Source of the DNA: an uncultured bacterium
Lineage (GTDB): Bacteria; Cyanobacteriota; Cyanobacteriia; CAIUCS01
Assembly: GCA_964550475.1 (NCBI GenBank)
Contig: CAZJZR010000001.1
Location: 7,847 to 43,998, forward strand
DNA: 36,152 bases
Direction: 5' to 3'
This document shows, piece by piece, positions 14,918 through 24,693 of this stretch. Position 1 is the stretch's first letter; each line of letters opens with the position of its first letter. The notes under the pieces are model-generated. The model was not told where the DNA came from, searched no databases, and was given only the letters and a program-made list of their open reading frames with translations. A program made the position numbers and the translations under genes.

Positions 14918-16240
14918 CTAAGCCAAAAACTCACGGGGATCGGTGATGTATCCAGTGAGAGCGGTGGCGGCGGCGGTGTAGGCCGAGGCCAAGTACACCT
15001 GGGCTTGCTTGTTGCCCATGCGTCCGGGGAAGTTGCGGTTGGTGGTGGAGACACAGACTTCCGGTTCGTTCAGCCGTCCAAAGGTGTCTTTGGGGCCACC
15101 GAGGCAGGCGGCGCAGGAGGGGGCAGCGGGTTCAATGCACCCAGCGGCCAAGAAGATTTCCGACAGGGTTTGGCCATCGTGCTTGATGGTGAACAGGTCT
15201 TCGTACACCTTTTGGGTGGCGGGAACCAGATAGGTGGGCACCTTCACCTGATGGCCTTTAATTAACCGGGCTGCGTTGAGGAAATCGGTGGTTTTGCCGC
15301 CGGTGCAGGAGCCGATGTAGACGCGATCGACTTTGACATCGCGGCAGTCGCGCACCAGTGCCCGGTTGTCGGGGGAGTGGGGTTTGGCGACCACGGGTTC
15401 CAGTTGACTGACATCGTAGTGGCGATCGCTGTAAAACACGGCATCACTATCGGTATAGACACACTCAAACGGCTTGTTTGTCCGCGCCTGCACGTAGTCC
15501 AATGTGGTAGCATCGGGGGCGATCACGCCATTTTTGCCGCCTGCTTCAATCACCATGTTGCACAGGGTCATCCGTTCTTCCATGGTCATCTGCTCCACCG
15601 CTGTGCCAGCAAACTCCATGGTGCGGTAGGTGGCTCCAGATACGGTGATGTCGCCGATGATTTGCAGAATCAAATCCTTAGCCAACAGGTAGGGCGGCAT
15701 TTCTCCATCCAGCACAAACCGCATCGTGGCAGGGACTTTGATCAACAGCTTGCCCGTGCCCATAATGAATCCGGCATCGGTGTTGCCGATCCCGGTGGCA
15801 AATTGGCCGAAGGCTCCGGCGTTGCAGGTGTGGGAGTCGGTGCCAAACATGACTTCACCGGGGCGGGTGTGGCCTTCTTGGGCGAGGGCGATGTGGCACA
15901 CACCTTTGTAGTCGGGGTTGGCTTTGAAGTTGCCGCGATCGGTGATGTCGTAAAAGTATTTGATCCCCTGTTCGTGGGCGAAGTCGCGCAAGATATCGAC
16001 GTTGCGGTTGGCTCGCTCATCGGCGGTAAAGATGTAGTGATCGGGGATCAGAACAATTTTCTCGGTGTCCCAGACCTTGGCATCTTGACCAAACTCGCGC
16101 TTAAACACGCCAATGGTTCCTGGTCCGCAAACATCGTGGGTCATCAGCAGGTCTACATTAACCCATACGTTCTCCCCTGGCTTCACACTGCTGCGGCCAG
16201 CGGCACGAGCCACGATCTTTTCGGTCAGGGTCATTCCCAT
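14918..16240 (-). CDS. leuC: Aconitase-family dehydratase large subunit (3-isopropylmalate dehydratase / homoaconitase LeuC-HacA type, short archaeal-like form)
   Basis: 440 aa. It has MTLTEKI...LLMTHDV, DSHTCNAGA, a Cys cluster (GSCTGG, CAACLGG) and TNRNFPGRMG. AAGGAG lies 8 nt upstream of the ATG. No small-subunit gene is adjacent. Confidence 0.82.
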   Translation of the reverse strand: MGMTLTEKIVARAAGRSSVKPGENVWVNVDLLMTHDVCGPGTIGVFKREFGQDAKVWDTEKIVLIPDHYIFTADERANRNVDILRDFAHEQGIKYFYDITDRGNFKANPDYKGVCHIALAQEGHTRPGEVMFGTDSHTCNAGAFGQFATGIGNTDAGFIMGTGKLLIKVPATMRFVLDGEMPPYLLAKDLILQIIGDITVSGATYRTMEFAGTAVEQMTMEERMTLCNMVIEAGGKNGVIAPDATTLDYVQARTNKPFECVYTDSDAVFYSDRHYDVSQLEPVVAKPHSPDNRALVRDCRDVKVDRVYIGSCTGGKTTDFLNAARLIKGHQVKVPTYLVPATQKVYEDLFTIKHDGQTLSEIFLAAGCIEPAAPSCAACLGGPKDTFGRLNEPEVCVSTTNRNFPGRMGNKQAQVYLASAYTAAATALTGYITDPREFLA

Positions 16241-16530
16241 GGTTGTTTCTCCTTAACGTGCAGCCCTGTGGGCGAGTGATGATGGGGTAATGGGTTGAGA
16301 GATCCGACGTTGCGAGATCCTACAATAAGATGCTTTGGCTGTATCCGTAAATACCCACTGCATAGTCATTCTAACGTTCTTACCTCCTCCTGTTACGCGG
16401 GAAGCGATCGCGAGTGTCCGGGGTTATTGACGATCTGGGGGCGGCTGACTGACGGGCGGATTGCTGACCGCTGCCGAGAGAACTCAAGCAGAATCGTTGC
16501 GAGCGGCTATGCGATTAGCCACCATCCCCC

Positions 16531-17640
16531 CTACACCAACACCAAATTATCCCGATGTACAACGGTTTCTGAGCCTTCGTAGCCCAGGATAGTGGGGATA
16601 TCGTCGGAATGGTGCCCCTGAATTTTTTGCAGTTCGGTGCTGCTGTAGTTGACCAGACCACGACCAATTTCCTGGCCGCTGCGATCGCACAATTGCACAG
16701 CATCCTGGGTTTGAAACTCCCCTTCGACTTGAACAATGCCAGCGGCGAGTAAGGATTTGCCCGATTGTTGCAGGGCGTTAACTGCTCCCGCATCCAAATA
16801 GAGTTTGCCAGCGGGAACGAGGCTGTTGGCGATCCAGCGTTTACGAGCGGTAACGGGACGGGGTTTGGGTTCAAATTGGGTGCCGAGGGGTTCACCGTTG
16901 AGAATTTTGAGAATATTGTGCGGCGATCGCCCTTCCGTAATCACCGTGCGGATACCGGCTTCAGCAGCGATCCGGGCAGCGGTGACTTTTGTAATCATCC
17001 CCCCTGTCCCCCACTGGGAACCCTGACCGCTGGCCTCTACTTGCATATCTGCCAATTGGTCAACATCTTCCACCAAGGTAATTGGTTTGGCATTGGGGTT
17101 GCTGCGCGGATCAGCCGAATAGAGCCGATCCACATCGGTGAGCAAAAATAACCAGTCCGCTTCAATTAACCCTGCCACCAAGGCGGATAGGGTGTCATTG
17201 TCGCCAAATTTCAACTCATCCACGGCAACGGTGTCGTTTTCATTCACCACGGGGATCACGCCCAAGCGGAGGAGTTCCTGAAAGGTGCGATGGGCGTTGA
17301 CATAACAACTCCGCTGCACCAAGTCGCTCCGGGTTAACAACACCTGGGCGATCGGTTGTCCTAAGGTGGTGAACAGGTCGTCATACACCCGCATTAAACG
17401 GCCTTGGCCAACGGCAGCGATCGCCTGTTTCAAGGCCAAGTTCTTGGGGCGTTCTGTCAGTCCCAGGCGAGCACATCCAACCCCCACTGCCCCCGACGAC
17501 ACCATCACCACCCGATAGCCTCGCCGCCGCAAATCCGTCAACGCTTCCACCAGAGTGGCAATGGTAGACAAGGCCAAATTTCCGGTTTCCGGTTGGGTAA
17601 GGCTAGAGGTGCCGATTTTAACAACAATGGTTTGGGACAT
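16531..17640 (-). CDS. proB: Glutamate 5-kinase with C-terminal PUA domain
   Basis: 369 aa. It has [32 protein letters not shown] and a C-terminal PUA-like segment. Confidence 0.93.
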   Translation of the reverse strand: MSQTIVVKIGTSSLTQPETGNLALSTIATLVEALTDLRRRGYRVVMVSSGAVGVGCARLGLTERPKNLALKQAIAAVGQGRLMRVYDDLFTTLGQPIAQVLLTRSDLVQRSCYVNAHRTFQELLRLGVIPVVNENDTVAVDELKFGDNDTLSALVAGLIEADWLFLLTDVDRLYSADPRSNPNAKPITLVEDVDQLADMQVEASGQGSQWGTGGMITKVTAARIAAEAGIRTVITEGRSPHNILKILNGEPLGTQFEPKPRPVTARKRWIANSLVPAGKLYLDAGAVNALQQSGKSLLAAGIVQVEGEFQTQDAVQLCDRSGQEIGRGLVNYSSTELQKIQGHHSDDIPTILGYEGSETVVHRDNLVLV

Positions 17641-17814
17641 TCGTAGGTTTGGGACATTCGCACAGTCAATTCAGGGTGATGTCAACGGACAGCCGCTGGA
17701 CTCAACCCCTGATCATACAAAATTCGGACGCGCTGTTATGCCGACTGGCACCGAGCATCGCAGGGCGGTACTGCTGGGTGGTGGGCTGGTTGATTGCCTA
17801 ACGGGTCAAATTGA

Positions 17815-18567
17815 CTATTGTGTTAAGGCGCGGAACATGGTTTGTAATTCGGCCAGAAATCCTTTTTTGGGCGGCTTGGTGGGTTGGGGCGCGTCGCTGT
17901 CGCCCTCTGGTGGGGCAGTAGCGGCAGCGAAGATGCGATCGAGTTCTTCACCAACGGGTTTGCGCGGCAATTCGGCAATCACTTCGTACTGATCAGGGTT
18001 CGTTTCTAGCCACACTTGCCACGGATCAGGATAGGCGCGGAGGATCGCCCCTCCTTCCAACGGACGCAGGTGATAGCAGGATTCGATCACATTCAAAAAC
18101 CGTTCTCGCAGTTGCCGTCCAGCGTAACCAATGCCAATGGTGGCAATATCCTCTAAGCGAGGGTTGAGCAAAACAACGGGGCGATCGCCCGCTTGTTCGC
18201 ACAGCTTTTCGACTTCTTTAACCTCAACTGAGGAGGGTTCAATAAACAGAAAAAGCTGATCCTCTGGTTGGATGGCGGCTTTGAGTTCACCAATCCCCCG
18301 AATGTCGTAAGGCTTTTCTCCCCAATCTCGTCGCGCCAATGCCGCCGCCCCAGCATCCGGGAAAAACACCCGTAACTTTAAGTCCAACCCCTCCAACATG
18401 GGCAGAAAACTCTGCGCCACTGGCATTACTTTTAATTCTGGAATCATAATTTCGACTTGCAACCGGGTGTAGCCTGCGTCTAAGGCTAACCGAGTCGCTT
18501 CCTTCGCTTGGGCGATCGCGCTATCCAAATCCTTGGGCAGTTCAGCCATAACTCGTCTCTCTTCCAA
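17815..18567 (-). CDS. DUF1995 domain-containing protein (cyanobacteria/plastid-lineage conserved)
   Basis: 250 aa, with LQVEIMIPEL...FFPDAGAAALA typical of the family. The true start may be the second ATG (MAELPKDL). Confidence 0.72.
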   Translation of the reverse strand: MEERRVMAELPKDLDSAIAQAKEATRLALDAGYTRLQVEIMIPELKVMPVAQSFLPMLEGLDLKLRVFFPDAGAAALARRDWGEKPYDIRGIGELKAAIQPEDQLFLFIEPSSVEVKEVEKLCEQAGDRPVVLLNPRLEDIATIGIGYAGRQLRERFLNVIESCYHLRPLEGGAILRAYPDPWQVWLETNPDQYEVIAELPRKPVGEELDRIFAAATAPPEGDSDAPQPTKPPKKGFLAELQTMFRALTQ

Positions 18568-18742
18568 TCACCTGTAAATGCTCAATCCACCAGTTAAAAG
18601 CTGTTCACACGCCGTCAGTGGGCAATGTCAACCATTCAGCCACTTTTCACTTTTCATTTGTCAATCATCGCATCATGGGTGATGCAACTAAAAGCCTTTA
18701 GGGATTTACAGATCAAGAATGTACCTCAATCCAAATCTGTCA

Positions 18743-18819
18743 GGGCAAACGGCAGTTCGCCCCTACCGGGTGATTGGGGATTTGCGGGTGATTGGGGATT
18801 TGCGGGTGATTGGGGATTA
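18743..18819. repeat. Hairpin (gggcaaacggcagttcgccc) followed by an 18-bp tandem repeat gggtgattggggatttgc x ~2.8
   Basis: Units at 18768-18785 and 18786-18803, with a partial unit at 18804-18819. A single-unit relative lies at 9846-9890. Confidence 0.8.
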
Positions 18820-18847
18820 TATTTTCACGCTGCTCCCTGATGGCCGT

Positions 18848-19483
18848 TTAACGGTTGACCACATTACTGGCTTCTTGGTCATAGGCTTGCCACGCCAACT
18901 CGACCAACCCGTTGATGATCGCCGCCGCGACCACGGCACTTCCCTTCCGTCCCTCCGCCCGGATATGCGGAATCATCGAATCATGCAAGCGATCCTTGGC
19001 TAAATCCGTGCCGACAAACCCAGATGGGGTTGCGATCACCAATGCCGGTCGAATTTCCTCCATGTCGATCAAATCCACCAACGACACAAGAGCCGTTTGG
19101 GATTCGCCAATCACAAAAATACCTTCGGGATAACGACGGGCTAGGGTTTCAATGCCCCAAGCTGCTTTGGTTTTTTCTTTTTGGGGACGAGTTAACGCAT
19201 CCATACTGCAATAGACCGGATTGACAAACGTATTTTGCAGCATGGGTGTAATGCCCACTTGCACCATGGGCACATCCACAATGATGGTGCTACGAGCCGC
19301 TAGGGCAGCCGCACCGGACTGAAGAGCTTGATCTGAGAACTTAATCAGAGTTTTATACTCAAAATCGGCAGTTGCATAAATCACACGTCGAACAATTTCA
19401 TACTCCGAAGGGGAGAACGCATGATGACCGACTTCCCGATCAATAATGGCTAAACTTTGGGCATCGGTAATATGCCATTCCAT
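18848..19483 (-). CDS. cobH: Precorrin-8X methylmutase
   Basis: 211 aa. The CobH/CbiC pattern is present (ESLAIID.E......S..E..IV.RVI.ATADF, IGE..TAL). Confidence 0.9.
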   Translation of the reverse strand: MEWHITDAQSLAIIDREVGHHAFSPSEYEIVRRVIYATADFEYKTLIKFSDQALQSGAAALAARSTIIVDVPMVQVGITPMLQNTFVNPVYCSMDALTRPQKEKTKAAWGIETLARRYPEGIFVIGESQTALVSLVDLIDMEEIRPALVIATPSGFVGTDLAKDRLHDSMIPHIRAEGRKGSAVVAAAIINGLVELAWQAYDQEASNVVNR

Positions 19484-20017
19484 AGAACTGAGAATGGATA
19501 ATAGGTTTCTGTATAGTGACGCGGTTATTCCGACTTATTGGTGAAACAGGATCGGCAGTTAGTCTTTCACCCCTAACACATGATTCAAGGGGTTACTGCT
19601 TATGTTGATAAACAGATCCGATCAGAATCAACCCGGAAGAAGCGTAACACTTGGTGTCAAGTCGGGGTAGAGATCCGAGGGAAAACGGTTGACCAACTGC
19701 ACCCATGGCGGTTCCCGTAAACCAAATAGTCTCACCCTCAGGTGAAGTATTCGGCTGTAAGCCATCATACTAACAGCGTATCTGTAAAACTCTCCGGTAC
19801 AGAAAATCCTGAGTGGAAATTAATCGAAAGATTTTCCGTCTTTTCTGTTGCCTAAAAAACTGATCAAATCCTGAATGGATAATGACTTCACGGCTACGAA
19901 AAAATCAGCGATCGCCCGTCCGCGACTCAATTTTATTGCATTAATTCTTGTTAAGAAGCCGTTGTCGGTGGTGGGCTAACACGGCGATTGTTTGACCTAG
20001 AGGTGCTGCTGAACAGC

Positions 20018-20076
20018 AGATCGAAAAGGTTGTTGTGGGGGCGGCTTTGCCGCCCCCACAACAACCTTTTCGATCT
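20018..20076. terminator. 28-bp perfect palindromic hairpin with A/T-flanked arms (bidirectional terminator candidate)
   Basis: agatcgaaaaggttgttgtgggggcggc ttt gccgcccccacaacaaccttttcgatct. It lies 11 nt past the stop of the 20088 ORF. Confidence 0.6.
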
Positions 20077-20087
20077 ACGGAGACTGG

Positions 20088-20753
20088 TTACAAACTATTG
20101 CGGGTGCGATCGGGATTGCCATAGGGATCGTAGGGTAACCCGACCGGATTGGGTAAAACCGTCGGAGCCACGGCTGGAGCATTGGGGATACCATACCCCG
20201 GTTGACCATAGCCGGGATGCCCATAGCCTTGGGTGAAGGCTTGGCTTTGACTATAGGCCGTTAACGCGCTGGCTTGGTTATTGCATAGTTCGGTGAGTTG
20301 TTTGTTCTCCTCCACCGCCTTATTCAACCGCTCATTCAGTTCCCGAATCCGAATCGAAAACAACCGAATGATATTGACTGCAATGCCAGGGGTTTCGTCG
20401 ATCGCCTCATACAGTTGCTGCTGGGTCAGGATCAAGCATTCGCAGGGGGTGAGGGTACCCACTGAAGCCGATCGCGGTTCCGCATCAAACAATGACATTT
20501 CCCCAAAGGTCGCGCCTTTGTCCAACTGGGCAATTTCTCGCTCACCATTGGCGGTGTTGACATACACCCGCACCCGCCCCGACACCACAATATACATGGA
20601 GCGGCCTTCTTGGCCTTGGGTGAAGATGGTGTGTTTGCTGGGAAAGGCTAACTCGTCCATGATCGAGGCCAGACGAATTAAAAAGTCGTCCCGCAACTCC
20701 TTAAAGATGGGGACTCCCCGCACAAACAGTAGGCGATCGAAACTGGTGAGCAT
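20088..20753 (-). CDS. Cyclic nucleotide-binding domain protein with coiled-coil and Pro/Gly/Tyr-rich tail
   Basis: 221 aa. It has a CAP-effector cNMP-binding fold signature (FGEMSLFD..PRSASV). The C-terminus carries GYGHPGYGQPGYG repeats. Confidence 0.85.
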   Translation of the reverse strand: MLTSFDRLLFVRGVPIFKELRDDFLIRLASIMDELAFPSKHTIFTQGQEGRSMYIVVSGRVRVYVNTANGEREIAQLDKGATFGEMSLFDAEPRSASVGTLTPCECLILTQQQLYEAIDETPGIAVNIIRLFSIRIRELNERLNKAVEENKQLTELCNNQASALTAYSQSQAFTQGYGHPGYGQPGYGIPNAPAVAPTVLPNPVGLPYDPYGNPDRTRNSL

Positions 20754-21120
20754 AAATAGTTAGCTTAGTCGTTCCACCCTAACGGTTCAGTCTCCCCTAG
20801 CCGCAAACCAACACAAGCACAGAGGAAATCGGCACCCTGACATGATTCCCTTAGCCTAGTATTCCCTCTATGTGATTAACATTTGAGCATAGATTGTTAG
20901 TTATTTCCCATTTTGTCGTGATTAGAATTGAATTAATTGTGGGTAATTGGTTCTGGGCGATCATGGGGCAGCCGTTGATGGGGGAGCGATCGCGCTCACC
21001 ATTGCGCCACGGTGCAACCCAGACTTGGGTCAACTCGACGCGCTCCTTTCGACTGCGCTCCTTTCGACTGCGCTCAAGGAGCGGTTGGACTACGCTCAAA
21101 GGACGGGTTAGTTGAGCGGT

Positions 21121-21260
21121 AACTATTCAGGTTGATCAACGCTCGATTGCTCGATCTAAAAGGGTTGGGAAACCCAACCCCTACAATGCCATCTGTTGTT
21201 TGGTGTGTAGGGGCGCGGTTTCCGCGCCCTAGATTCGGCTACCTGAATACTTACGTTGAG
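21121..21260. repeat. 140-bp MITE-like element, copy B
   Basis: See 13206-13345. It is flanked by a 15-bp x2 repeat (21040-21069) and a 21-bp x4 tandem repeat (21278-21360). Confidence 0.8.
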
Positions 21261-21639
21261 CGTAACTAAACGGAACTGAGCAAAGCCGAACGGCAGTTGA
21301 GTGAAGCCGAACGGTGGCTGAGCGAAGTCGAACGGTGGCTGAGCGAAGTCGAAGCCATCGTTCAAGAAGATCCAACGCTTGATCAATCGCGATTACAGTG
21401 GTGATCGATTGGGTACCACCACCACTCTTTACAGCACTTATTCACTCAGTCCAGATATTTACCGCAGCAAGACTAGATTTAGTGCCTTATTACAGCTAGT
21501 TTGGCAAGCAACAGCAAATGACAACACTAAAAGCTTGACCTGTAGAGCCGATGCCGCTAAGCACTGCCGTCGGGGTGAGTATGACTAGTGCGGCGCGATT
21601 TGAATTGGCTCAACCTGGCCAATCTGGGTTGGTAGATCA

Positions 21640-21873
21640 CTAAAGCAAATTCTCCCAAGCGGTCGCCACCACTTCGCTCAACCGTTGCCGCTGCCGTTGA
21701 TCCAACAGCGCATCATCAGCCAACAACTCAGCCATCAAATCCTCCAACGATTGGCCTTGATCGCGGGCAATGTAGATTACGCCCGCGATCGCCGCCGCCA
21801 CCAACTCATCACTGGTGGGTTGGTTTTTCAATGCAACAATTTCTTGGGTCGTGGTTGGAATAGGATAATTCAT
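21640..21873 (-). CDS. Small hypothetical protein
   Basis: 77-aa ORF with ordinary composition and no competing ORF of similar quality. No motif recognised. Confidence 0.5.
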   Translation of the reverse strand: MNYPIPTTTQEIVALKNQPTSDELVAAAIAGVIYIARDQGQSLEDLMAELLADDALLDQRQRQRLSEVVATAWENLL

Positions 21874-22090
21874 AGCCCAATTGCGGGGGTGGCGGATGCA
21901 GCAGATGCGAACAGTACAAGAGAACTTAGCCGATGCGGCCAGAAGATGTAAACAATTTTATGAGAATTATGAGAAACTTGTAACGTTTGTTAAAAGTTGA
22001 TTGTATTGGAGCAGTGTAGCTCAGTTTGTGCAATTGTCAATCCCAATTTTAGGCAATTTGTGGGAATTGACCTCATCCGACAGGGTGAAA

Positions 22091-22196
22091 GGGGTTAAGG
22101 AGCTAGGGGGTTAAGGAGTTAGAGAGTTGAGAACACAAATTACTCCTCTATTCCCCCACTCCTAAACTCCATCACTCCCCCACTCCTAAACTCCCC
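22091..22196. repeat. Purine-rich / pyrimidine-rich short-unit repeat blocks forming an imperfect inverted repeat in the leader of the 22232 ORF
   Basis: ggggttaaggag x2 at 22091-22131, against cactcctaaactcc x2 at 22157-22196. Confidence 0.55.
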
Positions 22197-22231
22197 ACTT
22201 CCCAAATCCCTCCCCCATCCACTCTCTCTCC

Positions 22232-24325
22232 ATGAAGCAACTTCTTTATATAGAACTGCCGACTCCCGATATCCAAGCGGTGAATGCCTGGTTGCAAACG
22301 CAATTTCAGCCAGTGGTGGGGGTAACCCGCGCAACTCCGGATGGGATTCAGGTGCAGGTGCCTTTGAGCCAAGGGCAGGACGATGGGGCGGAACTGGCGG
22401 TGTTTACGTGGACGGTGCAGCGGACGACCTATCTGAAGGTATTTCGTTGGGGCGATCGCCCCGTTCCCTCCGAGGCGGCGATTCTCCAACAACTCACCCA
22501 GCAATTGCGGCAACAATTTCCGTACCACTACCCCGAACCACCGGATATAGACCTATCCCGCGAGTCAATTTTCACCGCCTTAGCTCCCTACTACCCGTTG
22601 ACCGCCCAGTATTTCCAGTCGATCCCCAACGGTGAGTACGACTTAGCCCGCGCCTATTGGTGGGAGCGGCGATGGCGGGACAGTGTGCGGAATCCGCAAC
22701 AACCCAAGCAAGTGATCTTTGTCCAAGATGGGCAACCCAGCGAACCACCCCAACCAGTTGCCTATGACCTAATCTATGTGGGTGGGGCGTTGGGCGTGAT
22801 CCATGCGGCGGTGATGGCGCGGCGGGGCTATCGGGTGCTGTTACTGGAGCGGATGCCGTTTGGCCGGATGAATCGGGAATGGAACATTTCCCGCAGCGAA
22901 ATCCAAAGCCTGATTGATTTGCAACTGCTGACCCCAGCAGAGGTGGACAGCATTATTGGCAGTGAATATAAGGATGGCTTCCACAAGTTTTTTGATGCCA
23001 ACAATCCCGACTATGCCAAGGCCGCAATTCTGCACACGCCGACGGTACTCAATCTCAGCATCGACTCCGATCGCCTGCTACAAATCTGTGGTGAAAAGCT
23101 GAAGGCAGCGGGCGGCGAAATTTGGGATCAGACCGAGTTTATCCGGGCGGATGTGGGGGGCGATCGCGTCACCATCCAAGCGACCCATCTGCCCAGCCAA
23201 ACCCACAAAACCGTCAGCGGTCGGTTGCTGGTGGATGCCATGGGCACCGCGTCGCCGATCGCATGGCAACTCAACGGTATCCATACCTTTGATAGCGTTT
23301 GTCCCACCGTGGGCGCGTGCATCAGTAGCGGCTTTCCGGAAGGGGTATGGGATACCCAATACGGCGATGTGCTGAACAGCCACGGTGACATTTCTAGAGG
23401 GCGGCAGTTGATTTGGGAACTGTTCCCCGGTCGGGATGGCGAATTGACGGTGTACCTGTTCCACTATCACCAAGTCCACCCCGACAACCCCGGTTCCTTG
23501 CTGGAAATGTACGAGGACTTTTTCACCATCCTGCCGGAGTATCGCCGCTGCAATATGGATGATCTGGTCTGGCGCAAGGCAACGTTTGGCTACATTCCCG
23601 GCCATTTTAGTGTGCAAGAGGGCGATCGCCGCGTGGCCTGCGATCGGGTGATGGCGATCGGGGATGCCGCCTCGCTGCAATCACCGCTGATTTTCACCGG
23701 ATTCGGCTCCCTCGTCCGTAACCTGGGACGGCTGACCGAACTGCTCGACACCGCCCTGAAACACGACCTACTGCAAGCCTCCCATCTCGACACCATCCGC
23801 GCCTACCAAACCAACGTATCGGTCACCTGGCTATTCTCCAAGGGGATGATGGTGCCGACGGGAATGCACCTGCCGCCCGAACGGGTCAACGCCATGCTGA
23901 ATACCTTTTTTGGCATTTTGGCTAGCGAACCGCCAGCCGTCGGTGAAGCGTTTATGAAAGACCGGATCGACTGGCTCAGCTTTAACCGCATGGCACTGAA
24001 AGCGGCATGGCAAAATCCCGCCCTGTTACTGTGGATCTGGCAAATGGCCGGAGCGGCAGATATGCTGCGTTGGCTGGGGAACTACGTCAATTTTTCGCTG
24101 ATGGCAATGGTCAGTTTCCTGCTAGGTAGCTGGTTCCCCGCCTTTGTCCGTTGGCTGCAACCGTGGCTGGAACCGCGTTACCCCGCCTTCTGGCTGTGGT
24201 TGCTCAGCCGCACCTACGGACTCACCAATGGCTTAGGCAAGCCAACCCAGGACTGGGCGGGCTTTGTCGCCCCCAAGGTGGTAACCTCTGCACCCAACAT
24301 CGAAACGGCAATGAGTAACCGTTAA
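22232..24325 (+). CDS. FAD-dependent oxidoreductase, CruA-type lycopene cyclase-like
   Basis: 697 aa. It has a Rossmann dinucleotide motif (DLIYVGGALGVIHAAVMARRGYRVLLLE), a second flavoprotein motif (AIGDAAS) and a hydrophobic C-terminus. The CruA/CruP resemblance is from memory and not verified. Confidence 0.8.
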   Translation: MKQLLYIELPTPDIQAVNAWLQTQFQPVVGVTRATPDGIQVQVPLSQGQDDGAELAVFTWTVQRTTYLKVFRWGDRPVPSEAAILQQLTQQLRQQFPYHYPEPPDIDLSRESIFTALAPYYPLTAQYFQSIPNGEYDLARAYWWERRWRDSVRNPQQPKQVIFVQDGQPSEPPQPVAYDLIYVGGALGVIHAAVMARRGYRVLLLERMPFGRMNREWNISRSEIQSLIDLQLLTPAEVDSIIGSEYKDGFHKFFDANNPDYAKAAILHTPTVLNLSIDSDRLLQICGEKLKAAGGEIWDQTEFIRADVGGDRVTIQATHLPSQTHKTVSGRLLVDAMGTASPIAWQLNGIHTFDSVCPTVGACISSGFPEGVWDTQYGDVLNSHGDISRGRQLIWELFPGRDGELTVYLFHYHQVHPDNPGSLLEMYEDFFTILPEYRRCNMDDLVWRKATFGYIPGHFSVQEGDRRVACDRVMAIGDAASLQSPLIFTGFGSLVRNLGRLTELLDTALKHDLLQASHLDTIRAYQTNVSVTWLFSKGMMVPTGMHLPPERVNAMLNTFFGILASEPPAVGEAFMKDRIDWLSFNRMALKAAWQNPALLLWIWQMAGAADMLRWLGNYVNFSLMAMVSFLLGSWFPAFVRWLQPWLEPRYPAFWLWLLSRTYGLTNGLGKPTQDWAGFVAPKVVTSAPNIETAMSNR

Positions 24326-24422
24326 TTGCAGCGGAGCCGTTAGCGGATCCGTTAAAGGTCTTAGCCTGCATGATTCATGAGGATTTTGGTAAATCCTCGC
24401 AAGGTCTGTTCAGGACGAGCAT

Positions 24423-24529
24423 GAAAATAAGGTACCCCTGATGCGTTGCGGCTAAACGCCTTGAGGCGAAGCCCATCCCGGAGGCTATACGCAGCCTACA
24501 CCGGGTATTTGATTTATTTGCAGATCCCC
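24423..24529. repeat. Second copy of the 5293-5409 MITE-like element
   Basis: Direct alignment of the two sequences. Confidence 0.7.
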
Positions 24530-24693
24530 TATGCAGTCAATCTGGCGATTTGCTTAAAAGAACAGGCGTTTTTTTGAGGTGTCTCCACTATCAGGGTGCC
24601 AGCGGTTGGTGAATCATCCAGGTTAGGGTTGAGTCTTGCAAATCGAAGACTGTGGAAGTCTAGTTTGTGCAGTTCCAGAGTCTGCGATCGCCC

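Noticed and set aside
15377-16279. Long antisense ORFs inside real genes (for example 15377..16279, 23078..23680, 4202..4642, 7706..8095, 9989..10513 and 5605..5961)
   Set aside because: Each lies opposite a strongly motif-supported gene, has a skewed Arg/Gly/Pro-rich composition typical of antisense frames in GC-rich genes, and has no recognisable motif.
17797-17803. Isolated GCCTAAC box (also GGCTAAC near 19975) as additional attC sites
   Set aside because: There is no matching L''/L' pair or GTTRRRY partner at 50-130 bp. 17797 lies just beyond the 3' end of the DUF1995 gene, in the spacer to proB. These are single heptamer matches expected by chance.
19484-20017. Possible cobalamin riboswitch in the ~530-nt leader of cobH (minus strand)
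   Set aside because: I read both strands for the conserved cores (GCCACTG, the B12 box AGYCMGG.G.CCTGCC, and AGGGAA...GGTG..AA..CC). None is present, only generic local hairpins. A cmsearch with RF00174 would settle it.
21278-21360. CRISPR-like arrays (also the tandem repeats at 18768-18819, 21040-21069, 26131-26166 and 30441-30470)
   Set aside because: All are head-to-tail tandem repeats of 13-21 bp with no unique spacers and only 2-4 units. There are no cas genes in the window.
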